From NCBI GenBank assembly GCA_965208105.1, contig OZ242318.1, forward strand, positions 4,782,117 through 4,846,116: DNA of 64,000 nucleotides. The letters are read 5' to 3'. This DNA is from Candidatus Latescibacterota bacterium (GTDB lineage: Bacteria > Latescibacterota > UBA2968 > UBA8231). Below the pieces are notes generated by a model. It did not search any database. It was not told the DNA's origin and saw nothing but the letters and a program-made list of their open reading frames with translations. Shown piece after piece: positions 10,311-19,985 of the stretch. Position 1 is the first letter of the stretch, and each line of letters opens with the position of its first letter. The position numbers and the translations under genes were made by a program.

Positions 10311-11954
10311 TCAATCCTCTTCCATAGCGCCGGCCCGCTCCGGGCCGCGTCCGGGTCTCGAACCCGGGGCAGGCGCCGCGACGCTGTCGATGATGACGTT
10401 GATGCAGGCGGGTAGTCCGGAGGTCACCGCCCGTTCCACCGCCGCGGCGAGGTCGTTGGGGTGGCGTACCGCCTCGCCGTGGCCTCCTGCGGCCTCGGCC
10501 ACCTTTTCGTAGCTGGAGTGCAGCAGCCCGCAGCCGACCAGACGGTCCTCGCCGTATTGCCGGAGCTGGAGCTGCCACTCGGCATTCCAGCGGGCATCGT
10601 TGCCGACGATGACGATCACGGGCAGGTTGTAGCGCCGCGCCGTGTCGAATTCCAGCGGGTGGAAACCGAATGTCCCGTCTCCCATGAAGATGACGACCTG
10701 GCGCTCGGGATGCGCCATCTTGGCCGCCAGTCCCAGGGAGAAGGCGCTTCCGATCGAGCCCGATGGTCCGTTGATGAGGCGGCCTTCGGGCGCGTCTATA
10801 CCGGCCTGGACCCACTGGCCGAACTCCCCGCCGTCGCAGACCAGGAAGGCCCCGGCGGCGATGAGGGGTTGCAAGGCGGCGCACAGGCGCAGAGGATGGA
10901 TGGGAACATCGCTGCGGCCGGAGACCCGGTCCCAGGCGGCAGGGACCGTCCGCCGCGCCGCCTCGACTTCCCGGCGCCAGGCGTCGTGCTGCCAGCGGCG
11001 TTCCGAGGCAGATGCTGCCAGGTTCTCCATCACGGAGGACGGGTCGGCGCGAAGCTGGAGCAGGGCGCGCTCGTTGGGGCGCAGCTCCTGCTGGTCGGCG
11101 TCGATCTGGATGAAGCGGCACGCGGCGGAAAAGGGGGCCTGTCCGAAGCGGAGGCTGAAATCCAATCTTTTTCCGGCGAGCAGCACCAGATCGGCGCTCC
11201 CCAGGCAATCACCCGCTGCGCGCAGCCACGGGTCATCAGTGCCGCGCGGGCTTTCCATGGGCAGGAGGGGGATCCCGGCGGCCAGGGACAGCCGCCTGGC
11301 GCCGGACCATCGCCGCGCACGAGCCATGGCCGGTCCGCAGAGGATCAGGGGCCGTCGAGCCCTTCCCAAACGGTCGAGGATCTCCTCCAGGACAGCCGCG
11401 TCCGGGACTTGGCAGGAGGCAGGGGCAGGGGAGGCCGGCGCCTCGGTTTTCACCGGGGCCTCCAGCACGTCGCTGGGCAGGCTGATGTGGACGGGCCCGG
11501 GACGTCCTTCCCGGCTCAGGGTGAGGGCGGCTGCGATTTCCGCCCCAAGTGACGCGCTGTCCCGCGCCAGCCAGGAGGCCTTGGCAAGAGGTGCGGCCAT
11601 GGCTACCTGGTCCATTTCCTGGAAGGCCCCCTGGCCGAGCTGGGAGAGTGGGGAGTGCCCGCTCAAGAGCAGGAGGGGCGATTCGGCCATGCGCGCGGTA
11701 TAGAGCGCGGACAGGGCGTTGCAGTGACCCGGTCCTGCGGTCACCAGGGCGACGCCGGGCGCCTCGGTTATCCTGCCCCAGCCGTCGGCCATGTGCACGG
11801 CGGCGGCCTCGTGCCGGGTGTGAACGATCTCGATGTCACTTCCTATGGTAGCGTCGAAAATGGACAGTATCTGGTTGCCGGAGACCGAGAACATGTATCT
11901 GGTGCCGGCGGCGGCGAGGGTTTCGACCAGGAGTTCGGCCCCGGTTCTGGACAT
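10311..11954 (-). CDS. Thiamine pyrophosphate-dependent enzyme (acetolactate synthase/2-hydroxyacyl-CoA lyase-like)
   Basis: TRHEAAAVHMADGW, TAGPG, GAFQEMDQ, GDGTFGF..GND. Confidence 0.88.
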   Translation of the reverse strand: MSRTGAELLVETLAAAGTRYMFSVSGNQILSIFDATIGSDIEIVHTRHEAAAVHMADGWGRITEAPGVALVTAGPGHCNALSALYTARMAESPLLLLSGHSPLSQLGQGAFQEMDQVAMAAPLAKASWLARDSASLGAEIAAALTLSREGRPGPVHISLPSDVLEAPVKTEAPASPAPASCQVPDAAVLEEILDRLGRARRPLILCGPAMARARRWSGARRLSLAAGIPLLPMESPRGTDDPWLRAAGDCLGSADLVLLAGKRLDFSLRFGQAPFSAACRFIQIDADQQELRPNERALLQLRADPSSVMENLAASASERRWQHDAWRREVEAARRTVPAAWDRVSGRSDVPIHPLRLCAALQPLIAAGAFLVCDGGEFGQWVQAGIDAPEGRLINGPSGSIGSAFSLGLAAKMAHPERQVVIFMGDGTFGFHPLEFDTARRYNLPVIVIVGNDARWNAEWQLQLRQYGEDRLVGCGLLHSSYEKVAEAAGGHGEAVRHPNDLAAAVERAVTSGLPACINVIIDSVAAPAPGSRPGRGPERAGAMEED

Positions 11955-12052
11955 TGGGCGATTCCTTGCAGTGGATGGGAGGAGGAATATTGAGGAAACA
12001 GGAGGAGAAGGTCAAGGCGGCTCAGGCCGCGCCGGAGATCGGATCGAGAACC

Positions 12053-12421
12053 TCAGTCGTAGCCGTATCGGGCAAGGATGTCCTCGTCGAAACCCATGAA
12101 GTGGGCGATTTCGTGGACCAGGGTGATCTCCACCTCGCGCTCCAGTTCGTCGGGATCGGGAAAATCTTCCTCCAGCGGACCCCGGTAGAGGTGTATCACC
12201 GCCGGCAGGTCGGCCCGGTCCTCGATGCTGCGCTCGGGGAGGGGTACTCCTGAGAACAGTCCATAGAGCAGCTCGTCGGGATCGCCGGTGGTCTCTTCCA
12301 CGAGATTCGGATCGGGCCAGTCTTCGACGACGATGGCCAGGTTTTCCATGGCGTCGAGGAAGGGCGAGGGAATCTTGGCCAGGGCCTTGTCGACCAGGGC
12401 ATCGAACTTGCTGGGGCTCAT
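12053..12421 (-). CDS. Zincin-like metallopeptidase family protein (DUF1025)
   Basis: LYGLFSGVPL, IHLYRGP, TLVHEIAHFMG; start ATG 12421. Confidence 0.85.
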   Translation of the reverse strand: MSPSKFDALVDKALAKIPSPFLDAMENLAIVVEDWPDPNLVEETTGDPDELLYGLFSGVPLPERSIEDRADLPAVIHLYRGPLEEDFPDPDELEREVEITLVHEIAHFMGFDEDILARYGYD

Positions 12422-13491
12422 TTGATGCGGGCCGCCCGGGCCTGGGCTTGCAGACTGAGCTGGGCGGCGAGGAAGGTGTGCTCCTGGGTCATGGCCTTCT
12501 CGCTGCCCTCGAGGCAGTCGAGGATGAGCTCCCCGAAGTAGGGGAATCCGGTCTGGCCTTCGGCTGAATAGTGCCGCGTCCCTTCTCCGTTGACCAGGTA
12601 TACCTGGTTCCCCACCAGGCTGTGCCCCAGGTCGATGTACTTGCGCAGCTCGATGTAACCTTCCGTGCCCAGAATGAAGGTCCTGCCGTCCCCCCATACA
12701 TCGAGGCCGTCGGGGGTGAACCAGTCGACGCGGAAATAGTTGGTGGCGCCGTTGTCGCCGACGAGGACGGCATCGCCGAAGTCTTCGAGCTCCGGATGCT
12801 GCGGGTGGTTGAAGTTTGCCACCTGGCTGTGCACCACGCGGGCGCTTTCGACATTGGCGAAATGGAGGAATTGTTCGACCTGGTGGCTGCCGATGTCGCA
12901 CAGGATGCCGCCGTAGCTCGCCTTCCTGAAGAACCAGCCGGGGCGGCTGGGCGCGTCGAGGCGGTGAGGTCCCGTGCCCATAACCTGCAGGACGCGGCCT
13001 ACCGCGCCCGCATCGATGAGCTGCCCGGCGAATACGGCCGCCTCGTTCTGCACCCTCTCGCTGTAGCAGACGGCCCATTTGAGCTTGGCTTCAGCCACCT
13101 TGGCGCGGGCCTCCTCCAGCTGTTCCAGGGTGGTGAACGGGGCCTTGTCGCTGAAGTAGTGCTTGCCGTGGTCCAGGACGCGCAGACCCAGAGGTCCGCG
13201 CTCGGCGGTGATGGCCGCACTGGCCACCATCTGGATGGATCGGTCCTCGAGGATCTCGGCTTCGCAGCGGGCCACGCGGGCACCGGGAAACAGCCTGGAG
13301 AAGGCCTGGACCTTGGCGGGGTCGCGGTCGTAAACCGCCGCTGCCTCGGCACCGGCGTCTGCGAGGCAGGTGCTCATGCCGAATACGTGGCCGTGGTCGA
13401 GCCCGATGGCGGCAAAGCGGAACTCGCCTTCTTCGCATACCGGCTCGGCCTTGCCGCGAGGAGCGTAGTTCATCCCGTCGGCGGAACTCAT
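12418..13491 (-). CDS. Gfo/Idh/MocA family oxidoreductase
   Basis: GLDHGH, SDKAP, GGILCDIGSHQ, RVDWFTP; start uncertain (13503, 13491 or 13473). Confidence 0.88.
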   Translation of the reverse strand: MSSADGMNYAPRGKAEPVCEEGEFRFAAIGLDHGHVFGMSTCLADAGAEAAAVYDRDPAKVQAFSRLFPGARVARCEAEILEDRSIQMVASAAITAERGPLGLRVLDHGKHYFSDKAPFTTLEQLEEARAKVAEAKLKWAVCYSERVQNEAAVFAGQLIDAGAVGRVLQVMGTGPHRLDAPSRPGWFFRKASYGGILCDIGSHQVEQFLHFANVESARVVHSQVANFNHPQHPELEDFGDAVLVGDNGATNYFRVDWFTPDGLDVWGDGRTFILGTEGYIELRKYIDLGHSLVGNQVYLVNGEGTRHYSAEGQTGFPYFGELILDCLEGSEKAMTQEHTFLAAQLSLQAQARAARIK

Positions 13492-13590
13492 GATCCTCCC
13501 CACCGCAGGGGAATCAAGGCCCTTGCGGGGACCGGCGAAAGCGGAAAGGGGAGGAGCTCCATCGCATGGGGGTTCTCCCGGGGAGCCTGG

Positions 13591-14295
13591 TTAAAATTCA
13601 TAGCCGAACATCTCTATGGTCCTGTGAAAGCGCTCGGCCACGATCCGCCTGGTTTCCTCGCTGTAGTATTCCCTGTAGGATGCCCTGCGCTCGGTGCGGT
13701 TCATGTGGGGAAGTTGACGCCGCGGCGCGCCGATTCGATCGCAGATCCTGTCCCAGTCTTCCTGGAGGGATTCAAAGCGGCCCACGAAGTCGACGATTAT
13801 CCTTCCGTCCTCGGATATCCAGTCGAATATGTCGCCCTCCGACCTGTTGATCATCCTCCTGCCGTAGCGTGAGTGCATGAAGGCGGAAAAGCTGCCCATG
13901 CTTTCGATTTCCCTGACGTTGAGGTGGAACTTCTTCCACTTGTGCGCTTTCTGCAGCCACCAGCCATAGGAGGAAACCATGAGGTCCCAGGGGTTGCGCA
14001 CGAAGGCGAAGCTGAAGTACTCCTCCCACAGGGGATCTCCGACGACCCCTTTGACCTCCGCCGCTTTCGCGTGCTTGGGATATTTTACCGGCGGGAATTC
14101 AGCCGCTGCTCTGCGTTGGGGAAGGGAGTTGAGAGAGGCCATGATGCTGTTGCCCCCGGTTTTGGGGATGTGGACGAAGATGCATCTGTAGCCGTGCAGA
14201 ATTCTCTCCTTGCCCGGTTTCCCGGTCAGCCTCCTCCATGCGTCTCTGGCTTTCCCGGCAAGGTTTATTTTCGCGTCGAGGGACGATGTGGCCAC
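13591..14295 (-). CDS. Sulfotransferase family 2 protein
   Basis: FVHIPKTGGNS 5'-PAPS motif, FVRNPWDLMVSSY, VGRFE, terminal FGYEF. Confidence 0.88.
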   Translation of the reverse strand: MATSSLDAKINLAGKARDAWRRLTGKPGKERILHGYRCIFVHIPKTGGNSIMASLNSLPQRRAAAEFPPVKYPKHAKAAEVKGVVGDPLWEEYFSFAFVRNPWDLMVSSYGWWLQKAHKWKKFHLNVREIESMGSFSAFMHSRYGRRMINRSEGDIFDWISEDGRIIVDFVGRFESLQEDWDRICDRIGAPRRQLPHMNRTERRASYREYYSEETRRIVAERFHRTIEMFGYEF

Positions 14296-14469
14296 TGCGG
14301 CTGCCTTTCACCCGGCCTGACGGCTTGGCGGTTGTCATTCGAGCAATGAAACTATGCTAAAGAAGCATGAGAGTAAAGCAATGGGGAAGGGCAAGTGACA
14401 GGTGGTTGCCGCCGCCGTATATTCCACATCATCGCAGTGCAAAATTCTGTACTCCAGCGGGAGGTCGCC

Positions 14470-15483
14470 ATGCTGAAAGTAGCAGTCGTTGGAATGCGCG
14501 CCATCGGCAACAACCACGCCCAGGTCTACCACCGGAGCGACAAAGCCTCCCTGGTGGCCGTCTGCGACCTGGTCGCCGAAAGGGCGCAGGCGGCGGCAGA
14601 GACCTACGGCGCAACGGCCTATACCGACCTGGAGGAGATGCTGGCCAACGAGGATCTCGACGCGGTGAGCGTGGCGACGGGGGGCGCCGAAAACGGCGGA
14701 GATCACTACCTCCCCACCATGGCCAGCCTCGAGGCGGGAAAGCACGTGCTGTGCGAGAAGCCCATCTCCAACGATATCGACCATGCCCGGCAGATGGTGC
14801 GCAAGGCGGAGGAGATGGGGCTGTGCTTCGGCATCGATCTGAACCACCGCTTCGTGCCCCCTGCGGCCAGGGCGCGGGCCTGGATCGACGACGGCCAATT
14901 GGGCGACCTGCTCCTGATCAACATGACCATGTGGATCGACAATCCCAACGAGAGCTCGGAGTGGTTCCACCTGCGCGCCCTGCACCCCCATTCCATCGAC
15001 ATCATGCGCTACTTCTGCGGCGACGTGAAGCGGGTGCAGGCCTTTCTCAACCGCGCTCCGGGGCGCGTCTGCTGGTCCAACGCCCAGATCAACATGGAGT
15101 TCGACAACGGCGTGGTGGGGCATCTGACCGGAAGCTACGACGCCGCGCCGCGCCACAACCTCGAGCGCTGCGAGGTCATGGGCAGCGCCGGCCGCTTCGT
15201 GCTGGACAACTGCTTCGAGGAGCTGACCTTCTATCCCCGCCGCGGCGAGGAGCTGACCGTGGTGCGCAACAGCATCATGGGGGGAATCAGCGGATTCGGC
15301 GCCACCTTCCACAGCCGCATCGACCGCTGGATCGAGCAGGTGAGCGACGGCGCGGCGCCGGAGGAGATCGAGGCATCGGGGGCGGACGGACTGGCGGTTC
15401 AGGAGGTCATCGAGGCGGCCATCCGGTCCTGGCGCGAAGGGATTATCGCGGAAGTGGAGAAGCCCGCACCCAGGGCAGTATAG
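14470..15483 (+). CDS. Gfo/Idh/MocA family oxidoreductase
   Basis: KVAVVGMRAIG, GKHVLCEKP, HSID; GGAGG RBS before ATG 14470. Confidence 0.88.
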   Translation: MLKVAVVGMRAIGNNHAQVYHRSDKASLVAVCDLVAERAQAAAETYGATAYTDLEEMLANEDLDAVSVATGGAENGGDHYLPTMASLEAGKHVLCEKPISNDIDHARQMVRKAEEMGLCFGIDLNHRFVPPAARARAWIDDGQLGDLLLINMTMWIDNPNESSEWFHLRALHPHSIDIMRYFCGDVKRVQAFLNRAPGRVCWSNAQINMEFDNGVVGHLTGSYDAAPRHNLERCEVMGSAGRFVLDNCFEELTFYPRRGEELTVVRNSIMGGISGFGATFHSRIDRWIEQVSDGAAPEEIEASGADGLAVQEVIEAAIRSWREGIIAEVEKPAPRAV

Positions 15484-15649
15484 GGGTTGCAGGTCCGCAG
15501 CTTCACGGGGCGCCGGGAGCCTTAGAAGGGCCAGCGGCTGCAACTCAGGCGGGGGAGGTCCCCTGGTGGAACAGCCGCGCCTCCTTTTGTTTACAGAAAA
15601 GCAGGGGTTTGCTATTTTTCCGGAGAGGATGGATCGCAGAAAGGACCCT

Positions 15650-16363
15650 ATGGCCGCCAGGAAAAGAGAAAGAGGACCGGGAGGCGTCAGAGACTATGTT
15701 TCTTCCATTCTCGTCGCCGTGTGCCTGGCGCTGTTGATCCGCACCGCGGTGGTCCAGGCCTTCTTCATTCCCTCGGGTTCCATGGAGGATACCCTGCACG
15801 TGGGCGACTACCTCCTGGCCAATAAGTTCATCTACGGCGCTCCCATCGACATCATCGGCACCAACATCACCTTGCTGCGCCTGCCGCCGCTGCGCGAACC
15901 CCAACCCGGCGACATCGTCATTTTCCGCTCTCCCGCCGACCGGGACCGGGACCTGATCAAGCGCTGCGTGGCCGTGGGAGGGCAGCAGGTGGAGATCGTC
16001 GACAAGGTGCTCCACGTGGACGGGGAGCCATTCCTCGACCCCCCCAGGGCGAAGTACGCCGATCCCAGGACCTATTCCGCGGCGCTGCACGGGCGCGACA
16101 ATTTCGGGCCATACTCCGTCCCCGAGGACCACTTCTTCATGATGGGGGACAACCGCGACAACAGCCAGGACAGCCGCTACTGGGGGCCGGTGCCGAGGGA
16201 GTTGATAAAGGGCAAGGCCATGATCATCTACTGGTCGTGGCGCGCCGACCGCCGGGGGCCGTATTACACCGGACCCGCTTCCATTCCCGAGGTCATAGGA
16301 ACCTATCTGTGGCGGCTTCCCGGCCGCATTCGCTATGGCCATCTCGGCGATGTCATCTACTGA
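15650..16363 (+). CDS. lepB: Signal peptidase I
   Basis: IPSGSMEDTL (catalytic Ser), LIKRC (Lys), MGDNRDNSQDSRYWG. Confidence 0.95.
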   Translation: MAARKRERGPGGVRDYVSSILVAVCLALLIRTAVVQAFFIPSGSMEDTLHVGDYLLANKFIYGAPIDIIGTNITLLRLPPLREPQPGDIVIFRSPADRDRDLIKRCVAVGGQQVEIVDKVLHVDGEPFLDPPRAKYADPRTYSAALHGRDNFGPYSVPEDHFFMMGDNRDNSQDSRYWGPVPRELIKGKAMIIYWSWRADRRGPYYTGPASIPEVIGTYLWRLPGRIRYGHLGDVIY

Positions 16364-16390
16364 TCCTTCTTTCCCCCAGGATACGGCCCC

Positions 16391-18109
16391 ATGAGCAGAG
16401 AAGATTTCCCCCACCAACGCGGCAGGGAGCCCGAGGAGTACGACCAGGATTCCGCCTGGGAAGATGGCTCCGACGGCGAGGTTCTGGAGATGGTGGACAA
16501 GCTCCTGTCCCTGGCCCCGGAGAGGGACCCCATGCGCCCGCTGCTCTACCGGCTGCGGCGCCAGCTCATGGAGCGGGAGATCACCTACCAGGAGGCCCGG
16601 CGCACCATGGTCGAACTGGAAGGGGCCCTGGAGAAGGTGACGGCGCCGGCCAACCGCGTCGGGATCTACCTGGGCTCTCCCAGGGCGGGGATTGCCACCG
16701 TCTTCGTCGGCGGCTCGGAGTACTATGCCAACGTGGACCCGCGCCTAGACGCCGCCCGCCTCCAGGTGGGCGCCAGGGTCCTCATCAACGAGGCCTACGC
16801 GGTCGTTGGTGACCTGGGCTACAGTCCCTCAGGTCCGGTGGCCAAGATCGTCAATCTCCTCGACGGGAACAGGCTGCGGGTGGCCCAGGAGCACAGTACT
16901 CAGGAAATCGTCCTCGAGCGCTCGGCGCGGCTCAGGGAGGTGAACCTCAAGGTGGGAGACGAGGTGCGTCTGGACCCCGCCTTCAAGGTTGCCCTGGAAC
17001 GCCTGCAGGCGCGCAATTCCAGGGAGTATTTCCTCGAGGACGTGCCCAGCATGGACTGGTCCGAAATCGGCGGCCAGCAGGAGGCGATCCAGGCGATTCG
17101 CGATACCATCGAGCTGCCCGCGCTGCATCCCCAGCTGTTCGACAAGTTCCAGTATTCCACTCCCAAGGGCTTTCTGCTCTACGGGCCGCCCGGTTGCGGC
17201 AAGACTCTCATCGGCAAGGCCACCGCCTACAGTCTCGTCCAGCATCTCCGCCGCGAGGAGGGAATCGAGGTCGAAGAGTATTTCATGCACATCAAGGGGC
17301 CGGAAATCCTCAACATGTGGCTGGGAGAGACCGAGCGCATGGTGCGCGAGGTTTTCGCCCAGGCCCGCGAGAAGCGCAAAGAGGGCTACCTGCCCTTCAT
17401 CTTCATCGACGAGGCCGAATCCATCCTGGGGACGCGCCGCTCCATGCGCTCGCACCACATCGCCAACACCGTCGTTCCCATGTTCTGCACCGAGATGGAC
17501 GGCATCGAGTCCCTGCACGACGCGGTCGTCATTCTGGCTTCAAACCGCCACGACCTCATCGACCCGGCCATTCTGCGGCCGGGAAGGGTCGACCGCAAGA
17601 TCAAGGTCAGTCGGCCGGACCTCGAAGCTTCGCGCGACATCCTGGGGATCTACCTGAAGCCGGACCTGCCCCTGGATCCGCAGGAGGTTGCCAGGCACGG
17701 CAGCTCGGAGGCGGCTCGAGAGGCCCTCATCGCAACGACCATCGAGACCTTCTTCGCCAGGAACGAAGAGACCAGGTTCCTCGAGGTCGCCCTGCGCAGC
17801 GGCCGCCACGAGACCCTTCACTTCGGGGACCTCGCCAGCGGCGCCCTCATCGCCTCGATCGTCCAGCGGGCAAAGGAGACCGCCATCAAGAACGCCATCG
17901 CGACCTCCGACGCCAGCGCCGGACTGCGGCAGATGGACCTGCTGGATGCGATGCGGGCGGAGTTCCGCGAGAACGAGGTTTTCCCTCCCTCCGACAGCGT
18001 CGAGGACTGGTTGAAGCTCCTCGACTACGAGCCCGAGAACGTCGTCCGCGTCATTCCCGTCCGCGCCCGGGACAAGGCGCAGGAAGCGCCGGGGCAGAAG
18101 GTTATCTGA
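16391..18109 (+). CDS. arc: Proteasome-associated AAA ATPase (ARC/Mpa)
   Basis: N-terminal coiled coil and OB region, LLYGPPGCGKTLIGKA, IKGPEILN, FIDEAES, IDPAILRPGR. Confidence 0.93.
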   Translation: MSREDFPHQRGREPEEYDQDSAWEDGSDGEVLEMVDKLLSLAPERDPMRPLLYRLRRQLMEREITYQEARRTMVELEGALEKVTAPANRVGIYLGSPRAGIATVFVGGSEYYANVDPRLDAARLQVGARVLINEAYAVVGDLGYSPSGPVAKIVNLLDGNRLRVAQEHSTQEIVLERSARLREVNLKVGDEVRLDPAFKVALERLQARNSREYFLEDVPSMDWSEIGGQQEAIQAIRDTIELPALHPQLFDKFQYSTPKGFLLYGPPGCGKTLIGKATAYSLVQHLRREEGIEVEEYFMHIKGPEILNMWLGETERMVREVFAQAREKRKEGYLPFIFIDEAESILGTRRSMRSHHIANTVVPMFCTEMDGIESLHDAVVILASNRHDLIDPAILRPGRVDRKIKVSRPDLEASRDILGIYLKPDLPLDPQEVARHGSSEAAREALIATTIETFFARNEETRFLEVALRSGRHETLHFGDLASGALIASIVQRAKETAIKNAIATSDASAGLRQMDLLDAMRAEFRENEVFPPSDSVEDWLKLLDYEPENVVRVIPVRARDKAQEAPGQKVI

Positions 18110-18117
18110 GCGGGTCT

Positions 18118-19644
18118 ATGAAGCGGCTCCTGGGCTTGGAAACCGAGTACGGAATACAGGTGGACGGGGTGGAACGCATGGATGTGGTGGTCGAGTCCAT
18201 GCAGCTCATCCGCTGCTACGACGAGCGGGATTTCGTGGCGCTGTGGGACTACGAGCGCGAGAACCCGCGCCAGGACATGCGCGGCTTCGAGGTGGGTGAA
18301 CTGCTCAACGACAAGGACGAGACCGTCCACCTGCAGCAGGACCGCCGCCGCAAGATTCCCCTCAAGGATCTGAAAAGCGATCTCATCATCAGCAACGGCG
18401 CACGCCTCTACAACGACCACACCCACCCGGAATACTCCACTCCTGAATGCCGCCAACTCGCCGACCTGGTGGCCTCGGACCGTGCCGGAGACCGCATCCT
18501 GCTCAACTGCGCCCGGCGGCGCAGCGCAGGCCGCGGGTCCGGGGTAGTGCGGCTTTACAAGAACAACACCGATTTCGAAGGGCACAGCTACGGGTGTCAC
18601 GAGAACTACCTGATCAGCCGCCGGCTTCCCTTCCAGCAGATCATCGACGGGCTGCTGCCATTCGTGGTGACGCGGCAGATCTTTGCCGGCGCCGGCAAGG
18701 TGGGTGTGGAAACGGGGAGAAAGACCGGGGTTACCACCTACCAGCTGTCCCAGCGCGCTGACTTTTTCGAGACCATCGCCAGCGTCGACACCATGCACCG
18801 GCGCCCTCTGATCAACACCCGCGACGAGCCCCATGCAGACCCCAGGCGCTACCGCCGCCTTCATCTGATCATCGGCGACGCCAACATGTGCGAGTATGCC
18901 ACGGCGCTGAAGGTGGGCAGCGCCGATCTGGTGCTGGAGTTGCTCGAAGCCGGTCTGCTGCCCCGCCTGGACCTGGCCGATCCCGTGGGTGCGCTGAAGG
19001 AAATCTCGCGGGATATGTCGCGCCAGTGGGTGGTAGAGCTGCAGGACGGCAGCAAGAGGTCGGCCCTGGAGATTCAAAGGGCCTACCTGGAGCGCGCCCG
19101 CAGCCTGGCGGCCGGCCGCGACCAGGAAACGGATTGGGTCCTTGCCGAGTGGAACCGGGTGCTGGACTCCCTTGGGCGCGATCCGCAGGAGCTGGTGGGG
19201 GTCTGTGACTGGATCACCAAGAAGTGGCTGCTTGACGCCTTCGCCGAATCCGAGGGGTTGGACTGGGAGAATCCGGGGCATCTGGCCTGGCTCCAGAGCC
19301 AGGATCTGGAATATCACAATATCGACCCGGAGGAGGGGCTCTTCCTGCTCCTGGAAGAACAGGACAGGGTTGCGCGGTTGAGCGACGAGAGAAGGATTCT
19401 GCGGGCGATGGTGGAGCCGCCGGGGGACACGCGGGCATACTTTCGCGGCAAGTGCCTGGAAAAGTTCGGGGACGCCGTGGTTTCTCTGAACTGGGACAGC
19501 ATCGAGTTCCAGCTCAATGGGCGCGTGGAGGTCCTCCAGCTGAAGGATTGCGTAGACACCGAGAGTATTACTTGTTATAATCAGATTCTGGACGCCAGTC
19601 GCAGCGTGGAGGACCTGATGAACAGGATCCCGTCGGCGGAATAG
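18118..19644 (+). CDS. dop: Depupylase/deamidase Dop (PafA2 family)
   Basis: GLETEYGI, NGARLYNDHTHPEYSTPEC, KNNTD..SYGCHENY, RRPLINTRDEPHAD, RLHLIIGDAN. Confidence 0.88.
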   Translation: MKRLLGLETEYGIQVDGVERMDVVVESMQLIRCYDERDFVALWDYERENPRQDMRGFEVGELLNDKDETVHLQQDRRRKIPLKDLKSDLIISNGARLYNDHTHPEYSTPECRQLADLVASDRAGDRILLNCARRRSAGRGSGVVRLYKNNTDFEGHSYGCHENYLISRRLPFQQIIDGLLPFVVTRQIFAGAGKVGVETGRKTGVTTYQLSQRADFFETIASVDTMHRRPLINTRDEPHADPRRYRRLHLIIGDANMCEYATALKVGSADLVLELLEAGLLPRLDLADPVGALKEISRDMSRQWVVELQDGSKRSALEIQRAYLERARSLAAGRDQETDWVLAEWNRVLDSLGRDPQELVGVCDWITKKWLLDAFAESEGLDWENPGHLAWLQSQDLEYHNIDPEEGLFLLLEEQDRVARLSDERRILRAMVEPPGDTRAYFRGKCLEKFGDAVVSLNWDSIEFQLNGRVEVLQLKDCVDTESITCYNQILDASRSVEDLMNRIPSAE

Positions 19645-19781
19645 CGGGCATCCCGGAGGTTATCGAGGCCGTTGTTCCGGCGCCTTCGACCACACCCTGG
19701 CCCGGGAACGGCGGCGGGAAGCAGGGGCCGACTCAGCGGCGGCGGCAGAGGTCCACGCCTTGATTTCGGCAGGAGGTAGCA

Positions 19782-19982
19782 ATGAAGAAGGATCAGTTGC
19801 TGCAGTTTCGCGACCGGGCGCCGCGCCCGGTCAGGCCCATGGACGAGGACCAGGGACCGGGCGAGGACGAGGGCCCCAGGCGCCCCAAAGTCGACCGCCC
19901 CGGGTCGGACGATATCCTGCGGCGCATGCGCAGGGTTGATCCCAACCAGGCGCGGCGCTACCGCCAGCGCACGGGCCAGTAG
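19782..19982 (+). CDS. ubact: Ubiquitin-like protein UBact (Pup analogue)
   Basis: 66 aa, charged and Pro-rich, C-terminus RMRRVDPNQARRYRQRTGQ matching R[ST]G[EQ]; AGGAGG RBS; lies between dop and prcB. Confidence 0.92.
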   Translation: MKKDQLLQFRDRAPRPVRPMDEDQGPGEDEGPRRPKVDRPGSDDILRRMRRVDPNQARRYRQRTGQ

Positions 19983-19985
19983 GGA

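Noticed and set aside
9898-13078. Long ORFs 9898..11208 and 12053..13078
   Set aside because: Only the C-terminal parts (RidA, zincin) are protein-like; the rest overlaps real genes in another frame
17194-19644. 816-aa ORF suggesting an extended Dop or arc-dop frameshift fusion
   Set aside because: Upstream part is an off-frame read of arc; Dop homology starts at ATG 18118, 8 bp after the arc stop
19782-19982. Calling the small ORF actinobacterial Pup
   Set aside because: Ends RTGQ rather than GG[EQ] and lacks the Pup C-terminal pattern
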